A stretch of DNA of 64,000 nt from Candidatus Marinacidobacterales bacterium (GTDB lineage Bacteria; Acidobacteriota; Vicinamibacteria; Marinacidobacterales; DATDRI01), in assembly GCA_965219415.1 (NCBI GenBank), contig CBDCNP010000002.1:1024001-1088000 (forward strand), in the 5' to 3' direction. Positions within the stretch are counted from its first letter, which is position 1, and every line of letters starts with the position of its first letter. The position numbers were made by a program, and so were the translations under genes. The notes beneath the pieces were generated by a model. It was not told where the DNA came from. It searched no databases and saw only the letters and a program-made list of their open reading frames with translations. Below, piece after piece: positions 8,598 to 19,472 of the stretch.

Positions 8598-10853
8598 CTA
8601 GCGGCCGATGTCGAATTGCTTGGTGTACTTGACGATGAGCTGCCGACCTTTCGGGCCTCTCTCGAATCCGGTGCGCTCGAAAACGCCGAAGTGTTGGATG
8701 TCGTTGTACACGACGTGCAGGCCGGTGCCGGCGGTGTTCAGCCAGCCGAAGCGGATGTTGCTGCCGACGTCCTGGCTTTCGTTATCGTACTGTATCGTGG
8801 CCTGAAGAAAGATCCGCGGCGTGAACGTGTACGAAACCTTGAGCGCCACGAGCGATGTCACAAAGTCGCCCTCCTCCAGGTTCACATCGAAGTAGCTCAT
8901 CCGCAGCGACGTGATGAACTTATCCTGGTAGCGGTAGTTGACCGTGGTGGTGGTTCCCACCCGTCTACCCGAAAAGAAGCCGCTCGCGTCGATGCTGCTC
9001 TCGATCGAGAACGGGGCGCTTTCGTTGGTGTTGGCCCGGAATCCCCAATTGAAGTTGTCGTAGCGTCCAGGAGGGATGACGATCCCTTCCCTGATCTCGA
9101 ACGGCTCCTTGAGACCTTCGCCAATGAAGTTCAACGCCGGCAGCTGGAAGAACGCCCCGTTCTCGAACTCGAAGTGGCTATCGATATGAACCATGTAGGT
9201 CTCGGTGAACCCCTCGAGGTCCCAGTACTGACTCCACGAAGCATGCGGTCTCAACTCCCTGAACCATGCGACATTGGGAAAACGGTACACACGCATGACA
9301 CGGGTGTTGATGTGGCGGTAGTCTTCCCGAGACAGGAACCCAACCTCGGGGTTGAACCCCGCCCCGATCTCCCGATAGCCCGCGGACAGACGCCAATCCC
9401 GGGTATCGTACGCGCTGCTGAAGTTGAACCCGTATTGCCCGCTCTCCACTCCGGGCGTCGTCGTCCCCGCCGCCCAGCCGGTGAAATTGACGACCTCTCC
9501 GATTCCGTAGGTACCATCGACCGCGTAGGTGAGGTTGTAGTCGCTCGTATTGTCGGTGTTCACTCGCGAAACGAAGATTCCGCCCACACGGGTGCGGTTC
9601 TCGAACTCCTGGAAAAGTCGCACCACACCGAAGTTGTTGGGTGGCTCGTGAAGATCCTCACCGAGTTCGTCGTCGAAGACATCGAGGAAGTCAGCCTGGA
9701 TCGCCAGCAACGCGACCTGCATCCCGGCCATCTTGCCGGTCAAGCGGGCGCCGCCCTGGATCGGAACCGATTCGCCTTCGAAGAGGCCGATGCGCCTACT
9801 GAAAAACAAATCGGCAGATCGCGGCGAGCCTACTGAAAACGATCCCGCGTTCTCGAGAAAGAACAACCGCTTCTCCGGAAAAAACAAGGGGAATCGGGTG
9901 AGGTTGATCTGTAAATCATCCACCTCGACCTGAGCGAAGTCGGTGTTGACCGTCAAGTCCAACGCCAGGCTCTGCGTCAGCCCGATCTTGGCCTCTCCGC
10001 CGATCGCACCGTCACCGGTCGCCGAGGAGTCGCGCGTATAGTCACGAGAAACATCACCGAGAACATAGGGCGTTATCGTGAAGATCTTCCGGTTGGGTGC
10101 CTCGAACTCGGTGAGGGTTCCCGCAAGCGATACGCGGTACAGATTGAAGTTTCTAGGAATTGGTGACCATACCGCCTCTTCGTTGCGGATGCGGATGTTG
10201 CGCGCAAAGTTTATCCCCCAGGTCTGCTCACCTCCTTTGCGGTAGCGCAGAGTATCGAAGGGGATGCGAAGCTCGGCGTACCACCCCTTGTCGTCGGTGG
10301 ACGTTGCGACGTTCCAGGCACCGTCCCAATTCAAGTTGAATCCGCCGCCGGACCCTCCCCGCTGACGTCCGCCGCCCCCGCCGCCGCCACGACCGTCGCG
10401 GGTAACCTGACCGTCGTACTCGATACCCGCAGGCGTGGTCCCGAAGGCGAACGCGTTCTGCCGATCCAGATAGGTATCGAGGACCATCAAGAAGGCGTCG
10501 GTGTTCTCGAGTGAAGCATCGCGTCGCGTCTCCCCTACGATAATGGTGGAAGGATCGTCGACGAACATCCAGGCGCCGACGTATAACGCCGAGTCGTCAT
10601 ACAACAGACGGATCTCGGTGCGCTCCGAGACCGGTTCTCCTTCGACCGGCTCGCGCTGCACGAAGTTAGCCAGGATCGGTGCGTCGTTCCACGCGACGTC
10701 GTCGAGACGTCCGTCGACGATCGGAGGCTCCGTTACCAGAGCGGCCGATCCCACCGGTACCCGGGTCGGGTCTGTGGTCGCGGAGGAATCCTGAGCCTGG
10801 AGGGTAGGTGCTGAAAACGAGAGGACTACGATAGGAGTGATCAGGCTGCGCAC
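8598..10853 (-). CDS. DUF5916 / CBM9-like domain outer-membrane protein
   Basis: Signal peptide, PIVDGRLDD..W, LDTYLDRQNAF.F..TPAG, GWYAELRIPF.TLRY, LDLTVNTDFAQVEVD and FFPEKR.FFLEN. Confidence 0.85.
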   Translation of the reverse strand: MRSLITPIVVLSFSAPTLQAQDSSATTDPTRVPVGSAALVTEPPIVDGRLDDVAWNDAPILANFVQREPVEGEPVSERTEIRLLYDDSALYVGAWMFVDDPSTIIVGETRRDASLENTDAFLMVLDTYLDRQNAFAFGTTPAGIEYDGQVTRDGRGGGGGGGRQRGGSGGGFNLNWDGAWNVATSTDDKGWYAELRIPFDTLRYRKGGEQTWGINFARNIRIRNEEAVWSPIPRNFNLYRVSLAGTLTEFEAPNRKIFTITPYVLGDVSRDYTRDSSATGDGAIGGEAKIGLTQSLALDLTVNTDFAQVEVDDLQINLTRFPLFFPEKRLFFLENAGSFSVGSPRSADLFFSRRIGLFEGESVPIQGGARLTGKMAGMQVALLAIQADFLDVFDDELGEDLHEPPNNFGVVRLFQEFENRTRVGGIFVSRVNTDNTSDYNLTYAVDGTYGIGEVVNFTGWAAGTTTPGVESGQYGFNFSSAYDTRDWRLSAGYREIGAGFNPEVGFLSREDYRHINTRVMRVYRFPNVAWFRELRPHASWSQYWDLEGFTETYMVHIDSHFEFENGAFFQLPALNFIGEGLKEPFEIREGIVIPPGRYDNFNWGFRANTNESAPFSIESSIDASGFFSGRRVGTTTTVNYRYQDKFITSLRMSYFDVNLEEGDFVTSLVALKVSYTFTPRIFLQATIQYDNESQDVGSNIRFGWLNTAGTGLHVVYNDIQHFGVFERTGFERGPKGRQLIVKYTKQFDIGR

Positions 10854-10878
10854 GGCGGCTCGTTGCGATCGAGTTCGA

Positions 10879-12372
10879 TCAGTTCAGGACGAACTCGAAT
10901 TCCTCGGTGACTGTTTCCTTCTTTACCTTATCGATCACCCTGATCCGAAGCGTGTAGCTTCCGGGTTCGAAATGAGACAGGGCGATATCGGCGTTTCCTA
11001 CGGCGGTCTCGTCATCTGCGGGAAGCGGTTGCACCGCGGTTTGAGTCAATCGCTTCCCGTCCCTCAAGAAGATGTATTGTTCCGTTAGGCTCGGCTGGCC
11101 GGTCTCCTCATCCACACCATAGCCATAGACGAAGTAGAAGATCCCAAGGTGGTCGCTCGTCTTGTACGTGAGCGCATCACTCGTGATGGGGACCAGGTGC
11201 GTCGAGCCGAACTGAAAAGCGTGTCCCGGCATTCCGGCCGTATCCGAAACCTGACGGGCTTCACTGTAGACGAGCACCGAGGATAGCCCGAGCGTGTTAC
11301 CAAAATCCGGAACCTCCACGGGAAAGACCTTGGTGCCTACCGTCTTGGATTCGTTATCTAGGACACCAAAAAGGAATGTGTACTTGCCCGGAGCAACTTG
11401 GATCGGCATCTCATAGGTCACGGTCCTCTCTTCGTTCCTGGTGAGCTCGACCTCCTGCTCGAATGGGTGGAGGGTTTGACCTTCGGCAGTCTGGACGGCA
11501 CCGAACAATGTCACCTGAGCAATGTCCTCCTTCCAGCTCAACGCTTCTGCCTGAATCTCGAAAAGGATGGGAACGTAGATACTCCCCTCTTCAGCCTGGT
11601 AGAAGAACCTCCACGCTTCGAAGGAAATGGCTGGGTTTTCGATTCTGGTGCCGAGCAACTCGTCGAGCAGCGTCTTGGTGCGACCACTTAAGTCGGCAAG
11701 GTTGGAAGGCTCCAGCAAGCGACCCTCATCGTCCCTGGTATAGGTGATGCCTCGGTTCACCACGTATCGAGCCTTCGCCCGCTCCAGGGCCGCTTCGACC
11801 TCTTCGGAGCGGACCAACCGGTATCCCCCACGCTGGCGCGCGTCCGTCTTGCTTGTGACTCGGAACACCACGGTGAGCCCATTCGGGATCCCGAGGGAGG
11901 GGTTGGGATCGTACTCCCAAGCGAGTTGCTGCGGTAGTCTGTCCAAGTTTGGGTTGTCGTTAAACGGGTCCGAATCGTATTCTCGGAGTTCATTGCTGTT
12001 GCGGCTCGGACCACCCAGCAACATAAAAACCGCCCCCATGTCGGTTAGCGAGCCCTTCTGACCCGGGGTTCGGATCTCGCCGTCCGCTCGCTTGATTCTC
12101 CTTTTGTATTCCTCCCGAAACTCGTTGTCCGGTGTCATGGGATCCGGGTCTCGCCGCGCCCAGAAGAGCTCCTTAAAAAGCTTTCGGTCCTCAGACGGTA
12201 GGTCCTCGAAGATCTCGATCTCCTTGGCGGTTATCAAAGCGGCGACCTCCTGCTCGAGCCACTTCTTGTCCTTCTTGCTCAGCTTGTCCCCTTCACTCGC
12301 GATTGCGGCGATCCCTACTAACGAAAGGAGCGCGAAGACGCCAGACAGCCTGTAGATATTTAGCCTCTGCAT
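10879..12372 (-). CDS. GWxTD domain-containing protein
   Basis: Signal peptide, WLEQEVAALIT..E..F, FWARRDPDP.T..NEF.EEY..RI..AD, and GSLTDMG..FMLLG.P (GWxTD variant). Confidence 0.85.
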   Translation of the reverse strand: MQRLNIYRLSGVFALLSLVGIAAIASEGDKLSKKDKKWLEQEVAALITAKEIEIFEDLPSEDRKLFKELFWARRDPDPMTPDNEFREEYKRRIKRADGEIRTPGQKGSLTDMGAVFMLLGGPSRNSNELREYDSDPFNDNPNLDRLPQQLAWEYDPNPSLGIPNGLTVVFRVTSKTDARQRGGYRLVRSEEVEAALERAKARYVVNRGITYTRDDEGRLLEPSNLADLSGRTKTLLDELLGTRIENPAISFEAWRFFYQAEEGSIYVPILFEIQAEALSWKEDIAQVTLFGAVQTAEGQTLHPFEQEVELTRNEERTVTYEMPIQVAPGKYTFLFGVLDNESKTVGTKVFPVEVPDFGNTLGLSSVLVYSEARQVSDTAGMPGHAFQFGSTHLVPITSDALTYKTSDHLGIFYFVYGYGVDEETGQPSLTEQYIFLRDGKRLTQTAVQPLPADDETAVGNADIALSHFEPGSYTLRIRVIDKVKKETVTEEFEFVLN

Positions 12373-12516
12373 GTAGATCCCCCTTTCGACTCGCTAACTC
12401 TACGCCGTCAACAACATAAAATCCAGCCGCCAATTCCGGTTGTTGACACTGGCTTTGTGGTCCTTGACTCGAGGACGCTCTGGCCTTCATATTGAATCCC
12501 TTCAACGAAGATAACT

Positions 12517-13635
12517 ATGACGAAGAAGCTGAACATCGCGATGATCGGCTACCAGTTCATGGGCCGCGCCCACAGCAATGCGTGGCGCCAGGTCAACCGG
12601 TTCTTCGACGCTCCCTTCGAGCCAGTGATGAAGGTGGTCGTCGGACGCAACGAGACCGCGGTAGAAGCGGCCGCACATAAGCTCGGCTGGGAGGAGCATT
12701 CCACCTCCTGGGAGGCGGTTGTCGAGCGGAAAGACATTAATGTCATCGACATCTGCACTCCCGGCGACAGTCACGCGCCGATTGCGACGGCCGCTGCCGA
12801 GGCGAAGAAGGTCGTCTTCTGCGAGAAGCCGCTCGCCAACACCGTCCCCGAGGCGGAGCAGATGCTGGCCGCCGTCAAGAAGAACGGCGTCACCCACATG
12901 CTCTGCCACAACTACCGCCGTGCGCCCGCGGTATCGCTCGCACGACAGCTCATCGAGGAAGGACGCCTAGGAAAAATCTACCACTACCGCGGCACCTATC
13001 TTCAGGACTGGATCGTGGATCCCGAGTTCCCACGCGTCTGGCGCCTCGAGAAGAGCAAGGCGGGCTCCGGGGCGTTGGGCGACATCGCCTCTCATTCGCT
13101 CGACCTGGCACGCTACCTCGTGGGCGAGATTCGCGAGGTGGCGGGTCTCCTGGACACGTTCATCAAGGAGCGACCTCTTCCGGGCTCCAAGGAAAAGGCT
13201 CCGGTGGATGTGGATGATGCGGTGCTTTCGTTGCTTCGTTTCGAAAACGGTGCGGTCGGTAGCGTGGAAGCCACTCGCTTCGCGCTCGGCCGCAAGAACT
13301 TCAACCGGTTCGAGATAAACGGCAGCAAGGGGAGCCTCGTCTTTGACCTCGAACGTATGAACGAACTGGAGCTCTACCTGGATGAGGGACCCAATAGCGG
13401 CTTTCGTACCGTTCTCGCTACCGATGCCGCACATCCTTATGTGGCGGGCTGGTGGCCGCCCGGGCACATCATCGGTTACGAGCACACGTTCACCCACACC
13501 GTGCTCGATCTACTAAAGGCGATCGACGGCGGGGAGACGCCGGTCCCTAACTTCGAGGACGGCGTGCGCAATCAGAAGCTCCTGGCGGCGATCGAGAAAG
13601 CCGCCGCCTCCCGGAGCTGGGTGGAGGTAATGTGA
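12517..13635 (+). CDS. Gfo/Idh/MocA family NAD(P)-dependent oxidoreductase
   Basis: [43 protein letters not shown] and [14 protein letters not shown]. Confidence 0.93.
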   Translation: MTKKLNIAMIGYQFMGRAHSNAWRQVNRFFDAPFEPVMKVVVGRNETAVEAAAHKLGWEEHSTSWEAVVERKDINVIDICTPGDSHAPIATAAAEAKKVVFCEKPLANTVPEAEQMLAAVKKNGVTHMLCHNYRRAPAVSLARQLIEEGRLGKIYHYRGTYLQDWIVDPEFPRVWRLEKSKAGSGALGDIASHSLDLARYLVGEIREVAGLLDTFIKERPLPGSKEKAPVDVDDAVLSLLRFENGAVGSVEATRFALGRKNFNRFEINGSKGSLVFDLERMNELELYLDEGPNSGFRTVLATDAAHPYVAGWWPPGHIIGYEHTFTHTVLDLLKAIDGGETPVPNFEDGVRNQKLLAAIEKAAASRSWVEVM

Positions 13636-13649
13636 TTCTATTCCTTATT

Positions 13650-13734
13650 CCCTCTCCCCATTTGGGGGGAGAGGTCGGCGTCACACGTGGCCGCGCCGAA
13701 GTCGACGTGGTCAGGGACGCCGGGTGAGGGGGGG
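13650..13734. repeat. REP-like palindromic intergenic element between convergent genes
   Basis: CCTCTCCCC-atttgg-GGGGAGAGG hairpin, CGGCGTC...GACGCCG stem and GGGTGAGGGG end motif. Confidence 0.6.
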
Positions 13735-13782
13735 CGCTGCCAGGCACCCACGCTGTTGCTTGCGGAGCTAGTTGGATTGGTG

Positions 13783-15051
13783 CTAGCTTCGGTAGGCCTC
13801 GCGTCCTGTTCCCTGGACGGGGATCCCCTGGTCGGAGAGCACCTCACTCTGCAGCGCGAACATACAGGCCGCGGCCTCGTCGATCTTGCGTGTAAACGCG
13901 ATCGACCCTTCCAAGATCGGCTTGAGCTTGTCCTTGTCTTGAATTCGCGCCGGCGGGTACTCGTGCTCGACGACCAGATGCGTGTTCGCCACGTCGAGAT
14001 CGAGGAGCTCCCGCGCCGCGAGCTGATGGTCGAGCCAATCCACGGTGCGGTTCTGCAGGTAAGCGAGCGGATCGTGGCGAGCCGTACCCGGTAGCTCGTG
14101 CTCGCAGAGCACGGTCTGCTTCTTCCATGCGTTGAGTAGATCGGCGGGTACTTCGGACGGCTTGCCGTCCTTCCAGTCGCCACGCTCGAGCGTCTGTCCA
14201 CCATAGCCCCATGCGGAGACTCCACGCGAGTCGATGACCTGCCCTTTCACGTGGAAGCCGCCGATCAGGAACCCGTATCCTTCGTCCTTCAGGTATTGGA
14301 ACATCGAGCGCGTATCTTGTCCCATGAGAATGGAGTGCGAGGGATCGTAATGGATACGGAACTGCTCCCCCACCCCGTGCTTCTCGCAGATCCGGTGCAA
14401 GGCAATCCAGGGGCCCGGCGCATACGCGATGTTGTTGTGGAAGCTGTCGCCGGTGGTCCAGCCGGGCATCGGGCATTGCTCGACGCGATAACTCAACCCT
14501 CGCTCCTTCGCTGTCTTCAGTAGCGGGATGAAGCTCTCCTCGAAATCCTGCAGGTTCTCCTCCATGCTGCGTTCGGCGTTGCGCCCGACGAAACCGCACA
14601 CCGCGTCCGTGTCGAGGAGTACCGCCGCATCGTAGACCCGAAGCATGAAGTCATGCTTCTTCCTCCGGATCTCAGGATCGTGGTGGAGCATGTTGTCGAA
14701 GAACGCGACATCGGAGAGACCGATGCGGTGCTCCTTCTGCACCGCCTTGACGCGCTGGGCCCGCTTCGCGTCGAACGGCTGGCGCAAATCGAGCGTGTTG
14801 GCAACCGGGTCGAGCATCGCCTCCGGAGGCACATCGGCCTCGCTGGGGTGAAGCGCCGCCGAAAGCTGAATGTTGTCGGCATTCATCTGCCGCGCGAACA
14901 CGATCCAATCTTCGATAGCGCGGTCGGGATCGGCGTCGCGGACGTCGCGGGGGGTCAGCTCCTGGAGAGCTGCCGTCAGGACTCCGATCTTCATGAACTG
15001 AGGTTCGAACGCTCGTGGCATGGCTTTCATCCCGTGTTGTGTTGGCGACAC
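13783..15051 (-). CDS. Sugar phosphate isomerase/epimerase (xylose-isomerase-like TIM barrel)
   Basis: [34 protein letters not shown] and VEHE metal-ligand pattern. Confidence 0.85.
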   Translation of the reverse strand: MSPTQHGMKAMPRAFEPQFMKIGVLTAALQELTPRDVRDADPDRAIEDWIVFARQMNADNIQLSAALHPSEADVPPEAMLDPVANTLDLRQPFDAKRAQRVKAVQKEHRIGLSDVAFFDNMLHHDPEIRRKKHDFMLRVYDAAVLLDTDAVCGFVGRNAERSMEENLQDFEESFIPLLKTAKERGLSYRVEQCPMPGWTTGDSFHNNIAYAPGPWIALHRICEKHGVGEQFRIHYDPSHSILMGQDTRSMFQYLKDEGYGFLIGGFHVKGQVIDSRGVSAWGYGGQTLERGDWKDGKPSEVPADLLNAWKKQTVLCEHELPGTARHDPLAYLQNRTVDWLDHQLAARELLDLDVANTHLVVEHEYPPARIQDKDKLKPILEGSIAFTRKIDEAAACMFALQSEVLSDQGIPVQGTGREAYRS

Positions 15052-15083
15052 AAAGTACCTTTGAGTCCCATGCGCGTCAAGAG

Positions 15084-16067
15084 TCAGATCTCTCCAACGA
15101 TACCAAGACCCCGCGACTCGGCCTGCAGCCAGACGTAAGTTGCCGCCGACAAGTCTTGCGCGATCACGCCTAGTGACTTGTACACCGTGATCTCCTCGTC
15201 CGACTCCCGCCCCCGAGCCTCGTCCATCAACACCTCGCCGATCTCGGCGACGATATGCCCATCGTCGACGGCGCCTTCTTCCTTCGCCATTAAAAATTCA
15301 CACGCTTGCGCGAGAGTGCTCTCGCGATAATCCACGAAATAGCGCGAGCGGACAACGAGCTCGGTGTCTACCTCCGCCTTGTCGGGAAACGAAGAGCCCA
15401 CAAGATTGATGTGCATCCCTTCTTCGATCGAACGCCCGAACAGGATGGGCTCCTTCGCCGCGGTGACCGTACAGATGATGTCGGCGCCCTTCACAGCCTG
15501 CTCCACCGAAGCGACGACCTCGACCTCCGCCTTCACCGCGGTTCCATGTACCTCCGCGAACTTCTCGGCCCTTGACTGATCGCGGCCCCAGACTCTGATC
15601 TTCGTGATCTCGCGAACCTCTGGAATGGCCCGCAGGTGCGTCTCCGCTTGCTCGCCGTTTCTCAGAATGGCCATCGTGTGTGCGTCGCTGCGGGCCAAGC
15701 GCTCCGTCGCCACCGCGCTAGCCGCAGCGGTCCGGATCGCGGTGATCACACCGCCGTCCATGATCGCCACCGGTCGCCCGTTATCGGCTTCGTAGAGCAC
15801 CACCAATCCGAGGTGCGAGGACAGGTCCGTCCCTGCGTTTTTCGGGAACAAGCTAACCAATTTGATCCCAAAACTCTCCGGCGCACCGAGGTATCCGTAC
15901 ATCATGCCCAACCGACCACTACCATTGGGCAAAGGCATGCCGTGGCGCAAAGGCATGTGCACATTGCGGCGACTGACCTCAACCATCGCGGCGCGGACCA
16001 CGTCGATACAGGCGGAGTAGGTTAAGACGTCGTGAATATCTCGAGTCGAGACGATTCTCACTTTCAT
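15084..16067 (-). CDS. Ornithine cyclodeaminase / mu-crystallin family protein
   Basis: [40 protein letters not shown] and [12 protein letters not shown]. Confidence 0.92.
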   Translation of the reverse strand: MKVRIVSTRDIHDVLTYSACIDVVRAAMVEVSRRNVHMPLRHGMPLPNGSGRLGMMYGYLGAPESFGIKLVSLFPKNAGTDLSSHLGLVVLYEADNGRPVAIMDGGVITAIRTAAASAVATERLARSDAHTMAILRNGEQAETHLRAIPEVREITKIRVWGRDQSRAEKFAEVHGTAVKAEVEVVASVEQAVKGADIICTVTAAKEPILFGRSIEEGMHINLVGSSFPDKAEVDTELVVRSRYFVDYRESTLAQACEFLMAKEEGAVDDGHIVAEIGEVLMDEARGRESDEEITVYKSLGVIAQDLSAATYVWLQAESRGLGIVGEI

Positions 16068-16071
16068 CGCG

Positions 16072-17316
16072 TCATTCGCCCTGTACCGCGCCCAATCCTA
16101 CGTGATAGGCAACCAATTCACGATTGCTTCGTAAGTAGAGTCGTCCATTCGCGAGACTGGGAGGCGCGTAGCTCCGTCCAGACAAAGCCTGTAGCGAACC
16201 TATTTCTTTGTAGGCATCGGGGCGCGCCTCGACCAACGCTAGGCGACCGTCCGTGCCGAAAATGAGGAGGTGGCCGTCGGCGAGGATCACAGAGCCCTCA
16301 CCGAAACCCCGTGCCGCCCATTTTTCCTTGCCGGTCTTTACGTCGATGCACCTGAAGATGTGGCCGGTGGCGCCGTAGAGATGGCCCCGCCAATAGACGG
16401 AGCTCGGAAAATGGTTCTGGAGCGACCTACTCTCCCAGAGGAGCTCGGCAGAGAAGCCGCTCTGCCCTCGGTCAATTCGAAACAACCTTCCGAGCCCACT
16501 ATGTGCCGAGGAGAAAAACAATTTTCCCGGCGGCACGAGCACCGGCGTCGCCACGTTCTCTTCATTCCTTCCGGCCCGCCACCGCCACGACCACAGTAGC
16601 CTACCGTCACGAGGGTCGGCCCCGACGATCCCGTCGCCCAAGAACGCCACGATCTGTCGCGTTCCTCCGAGCGTCACCGCGATCGGCGAGGAATACCCGG
16701 GGTGCCCATCATACGTTCTCCACAAGACCTCGCCATTGCTAGCGTCGAGCGCGACCAGCGCGTTTCCCAAACCACCAACGGGAACGAACAACTTCCCCTG
16801 CTCGATGAGTGGCGAGCTCGCGTAGCCGAACTGGGGGACTGCGCCACCGAGGTCTTTCGCGAGATGCGTTTGCCATAACACCGCTCCGGTCCTCGCGTTC
16901 AATGCGGCGAGTGTCCCGGAAGCGCCCAGCACGTACACGCGATCGCCATCGATGGTGGGGGTACTACGTGGCCCGTCTCCGTTCACATCCTGGAACCGGG
17001 GGCCCAGTCGCACTTTCCAGATGAGAACGCCGTTCGCGGAATCGAAGGCGGCGGCGTATTCCGTCTTTCTGTCAGAGAAGGCGGTATAGAGCCATCCCTT
17101 CGAAACGGCGACACTGCCGAAACCGGCACCGATGGGGACGCTCCACAATCGGCGTGGCTCCCCGGGGGCCCAAGTTTTCAACAGGCGTTCACCGACGGCG
17201 TGGCCATCGCGATTCTGACCTCGCCACTGCGGCCAGTCGTCGGCTCGGCTCGTCACCCCGGCGATGATCCATGCCGTCGCCGAGTACACGATGAGCCCGC
17301 GAGTCATTGCTGTCAT
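16072..17316 (-). CDS. PQQ-binding-like beta-propeller repeat protein, secreted
   Basis: Signal peptide, DWPQWRG.NRDG, GPRSTPT.DG.RVY, YASSP and GYSSP repeats. Confidence 0.9.
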   Translation of the reverse strand: MTAMTRGLIVYSATAWIIAGVTSRADDWPQWRGQNRDGHAVGERLLKTWAPGEPRRLWSVPIGAGFGSVAVSKGWLYTAFSDRKTEYAAAFDSANGVLIWKVRLGPRFQDVNGDGPRSTPTIDGDRVYVLGASGTLAALNARTGAVLWQTHLAKDLGGAVPQFGYASSPLIEQGKLFVPVGGLGNALVALDASNGEVLWRTYDGHPGYSSPIAVTLGGTRQIVAFLGDGIVGADPRDGRLLWSWRWRAGRNEENVATPVLVPPGKLFFSSAHSGLGRLFRIDRGQSGFSAELLWESRSLQNHFPSSVYWRGHLYGATGHIFRCIDVKTGKEKWAARGFGEGSVILADGHLLIFGTDGRLALVEARPDAYKEIGSLQALSGRSYAPPSLANGRLYLRSNRELVAYHVGLGAVQGE

Positions 17317-17384
17317 TAGGTATTCCTTAATACGCTAGGTTACACCCACCGGGCGGTTGCCACGTCGTTTACTGTGCCGCTTTC

Positions 17385-17413
17385 TTGACTACCCTGTGAA
17401 CCTATGGTGAAAT
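17385..17413 (+). promoter_or_regulatory. Putative sigma70 promoter of the Gfo-discoidin-TIGR03663-ApbE operon
   Basis: TTGACT-N17-TGAAAT with a TG extension, 12 nt before the GTG start. Confidence 0.4.
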
Positions 17414-17425
17414 TCCGGTCATCAA

Positions 17426-18787
17426 GTGCCGCGAGATCCCAAGGACAACAAACTCGTCAACCGGCGAACCTTCCTAAGTAGCAGTGCCGCGGCCGGCGCG
17501 GGCCTGATGCTCTCAGGCCTAGAGCCCGCGCGTGCCAGTATTCGGAATCAATCGGGCGACATCAATGTAGCCCTGATAGGCGCAGGCGCCCAAGGGCAAG
17601 TCCTGCTAGATGCGTGCCTCAAGATTCCGGGGCTGCGATTCAAGGCGGTCTGTGACATCTGGACCGAGTTCAACCAGCGACGCACGGTCCGGCTACTCAC
17701 GAAGTACGGACACGAGGTCACGGGTTACGAAGACTACCAGGAGATGCTTGCCCAGACAGATGACCTCGACGCCGTCATTATTGCAACCCCGGATTTCTGG
17801 CACGCCGAGCATACGGTAGGCTGCCTAAAAGCAGGCCTCCATGTCTATTGCGAGAAAGAGATGTCCAACTCTCTGGCCGATGCTCGCCGCATGGTGCTCG
17901 CATCGCGGGAAACCGGCAAGCTCCTTCAAATCGGACGTCAGCGGAGGAGCAATCCCCGATATATCCACTGCCATAAACTCATCAGGGCGGCGAATCTGCT
18001 CGGGCGGGTGACGACTGCAAACGCCCAATGGAACCGCTCAGTCCAGCCGGATCTTGGTTGGCCTAAGAAGTACGCCATTCCCCCGGCGGTGTTGGAAAAG
18101 TACGGTTTTGATTCGATGAACCAATTCCGCAACTGGCGTTGGTATCGCGACCTCGGTGGCGGGCCAATCGTGGATCTCGGCTCTCACCAGATCGACATCT
18201 TCAACTGGTTCCTCGATGCCACGCCGAGCTCTGTCGTGGCGAGCGGTGGCACCGACTACTACGATACAAGTACCCATGAGTGGTACGACACGGTCATGGC
18301 GATTTACGAGTTTCCAACCAAAGACGGTGTCGTCAGAGCGTTCTATCAAACGATAACCACCAATAGCAGCCAAGGGTATTTCGAGAACTTCATGGGCGAT
18401 GAGGGTACTCTGATGATCAGTGAATCCGCCGCACGGGGCGCCGTCTATCGCGAACCGACGGCGCCGAGTTGGGGAAAGTGGGTCGCCCTCGGATATTTGG
18501 GCGTGCCGGAAGAGACCGAAACAACGCCCGATGGGCCTGGCGAAAATGTAGTTCTTGACGCACGAGAGACCGTACCCGTTGCACAGTACGACATTCCGAT
18601 CGTGTTCAACGATCCCTATCACAAGCCTCACCTGGAGAACTTTTTCAATACCGTGCGCGGCCAGGAGAAGCTGAATTGTCCGGCTGAAGTTGGTTATGAA
18701 ACCGCGGTGACGGTCTTGAAAGTGAATGAGGCCGTTGAATCTCGCGCCGTTCTCAGTTTCGATCCGAATGAGTTCACAATCTCTTGA
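17426..18787 (+). CDS. Tat-exported Gfo/Idh/MocA family oxidoreductase
   Basis: NRRTFL Tat motif, VALIGAGAQG, ATPDFWH, VYCEKEM, NWRWY...GGG..DLGSHQID. Confidence 0.92.
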   Translation: MPRDPKDNKLVNRRTFLSSSAAAGAGLMLSGLEPARASIRNQSGDINVALIGAGAQGQVLLDACLKIPGLRFKAVCDIWTEFNQRRTVRLLTKYGHEVTGYEDYQEMLAQTDDLDAVIIATPDFWHAEHTVGCLKAGLHVYCEKEMSNSLADARRMVLASRETGKLLQIGRQRRSNPRYIHCHKLIRAANLLGRVTTANAQWNRSVQPDLGWPKKYAIPPAVLEKYGFDSMNQFRNWRWYRDLGGGPIVDLGSHQIDIFNWFLDATPSSVVASGGTDYYDTSTHEWYDTVMAIYEFPTKDGVVRAFYQTITTNSSQGYFENFMGDEGTLMISESAARGAVYREPTAPSWGKWVALGYLGVPEETETTPDGPGENVVLDARETVPVAQYDIPIVFNDPYHKPHLENFFNTVRGQEKLNCPAEVGYETAVTVLKVNEAVESRAVLSFDPNEFTIS

Positions 18788-18803
18788 GGAATGACGGAAT
18801 AGG

Positions 18804-19472
18804 ATGATGCGACTGTTTGTTGTTTCAACATTCGCGCTTACGATTTCCGGTGCAGGGCGCACCGCCTGGACGCAAGAGATGGAACCCATCCAGATCGAGC
18901 TGCCGAAGCCCATGTTCGTCGGTACGCCACAGAATTTCAGGCTTCCCAACCTCGAAAAACCCCTCGGTAAGCCACGGCCGCCATTTCTTGCTCCCCCTGG
19001 CACAACGAACGTCGCTCTGGGGAAGCCGGTATCCAGCACCGACGAAGAACCCATTATCGGAGAGCTCGAACTAGCAACCGATGACGACAAGGACGCGGCT
19101 GACGGTAGCTACGTCGAGCTAGGCCCCCTACGGCAGCACATAACGATTGACCTCGAGAGCCGCCACACCATTTATGCCATCATCATCTGGCACTACCACA
19201 AGCAGGCACGGGTATATAAGGACGTCATCGTTCAGGTCTCGGACGAACCCAATTTCGTCACCGCTGTCACGACTATCTTCAATAATGACGATGACAACTC
19301 GTCCGGCTGGGGCGTCGGTTCGGACCTCAACTACGTAGAGACTTCCGAAGGAAAGCTAGTGGACGCCAAGGGCGTTGAGGGGCGATACGTCCGCCTATTC
19401 AGCAACGGAAGCACGAGCAACGATCTGAACCACTATATCGAGGTTGGGGTCTACGGTGTTCCCGCCGAATAA
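18804..19472 (+). CDS. Secreted discoidin (F5/8 type C)-like domain protein
   Basis: Signal peptide, NVALGKPVSS, ITIDL, VQVS, GRYVRL and EVGVYG. Confidence 0.75.
   Translation: MMRLFVVSTFALTISGAGRTAWTQEMEPIQIELPKPMFVGTPQNFRLPNLEKPLGKPRPPFLAPPGTTNVALGKPVSSTDEEPIIGELELATDDDKDAADGSYVELGPLRQHITIDLESRHTIYAIIIWHYHKQARVYKDVIVQVSDEPNFVTAVTTIFNNDDDNSSGWGVGSDLNYVETSEGKLVDAKGVEGRYVRLFSNGSTSNDLNHYIEVGVYGVPAE

Noticed and set aside
8616-9836. Long antisense ORFs (also 18038..19090, 35130..36113, 40313..41803)
   Set aside because: Shadow frames of well-supported genes in GC-rich DNA, with no recognisable motifs.
10340-10400. GCC-rich simple repeat
   Set aside because: Encodes a Gly-rich loop within the DUF5916 protein.
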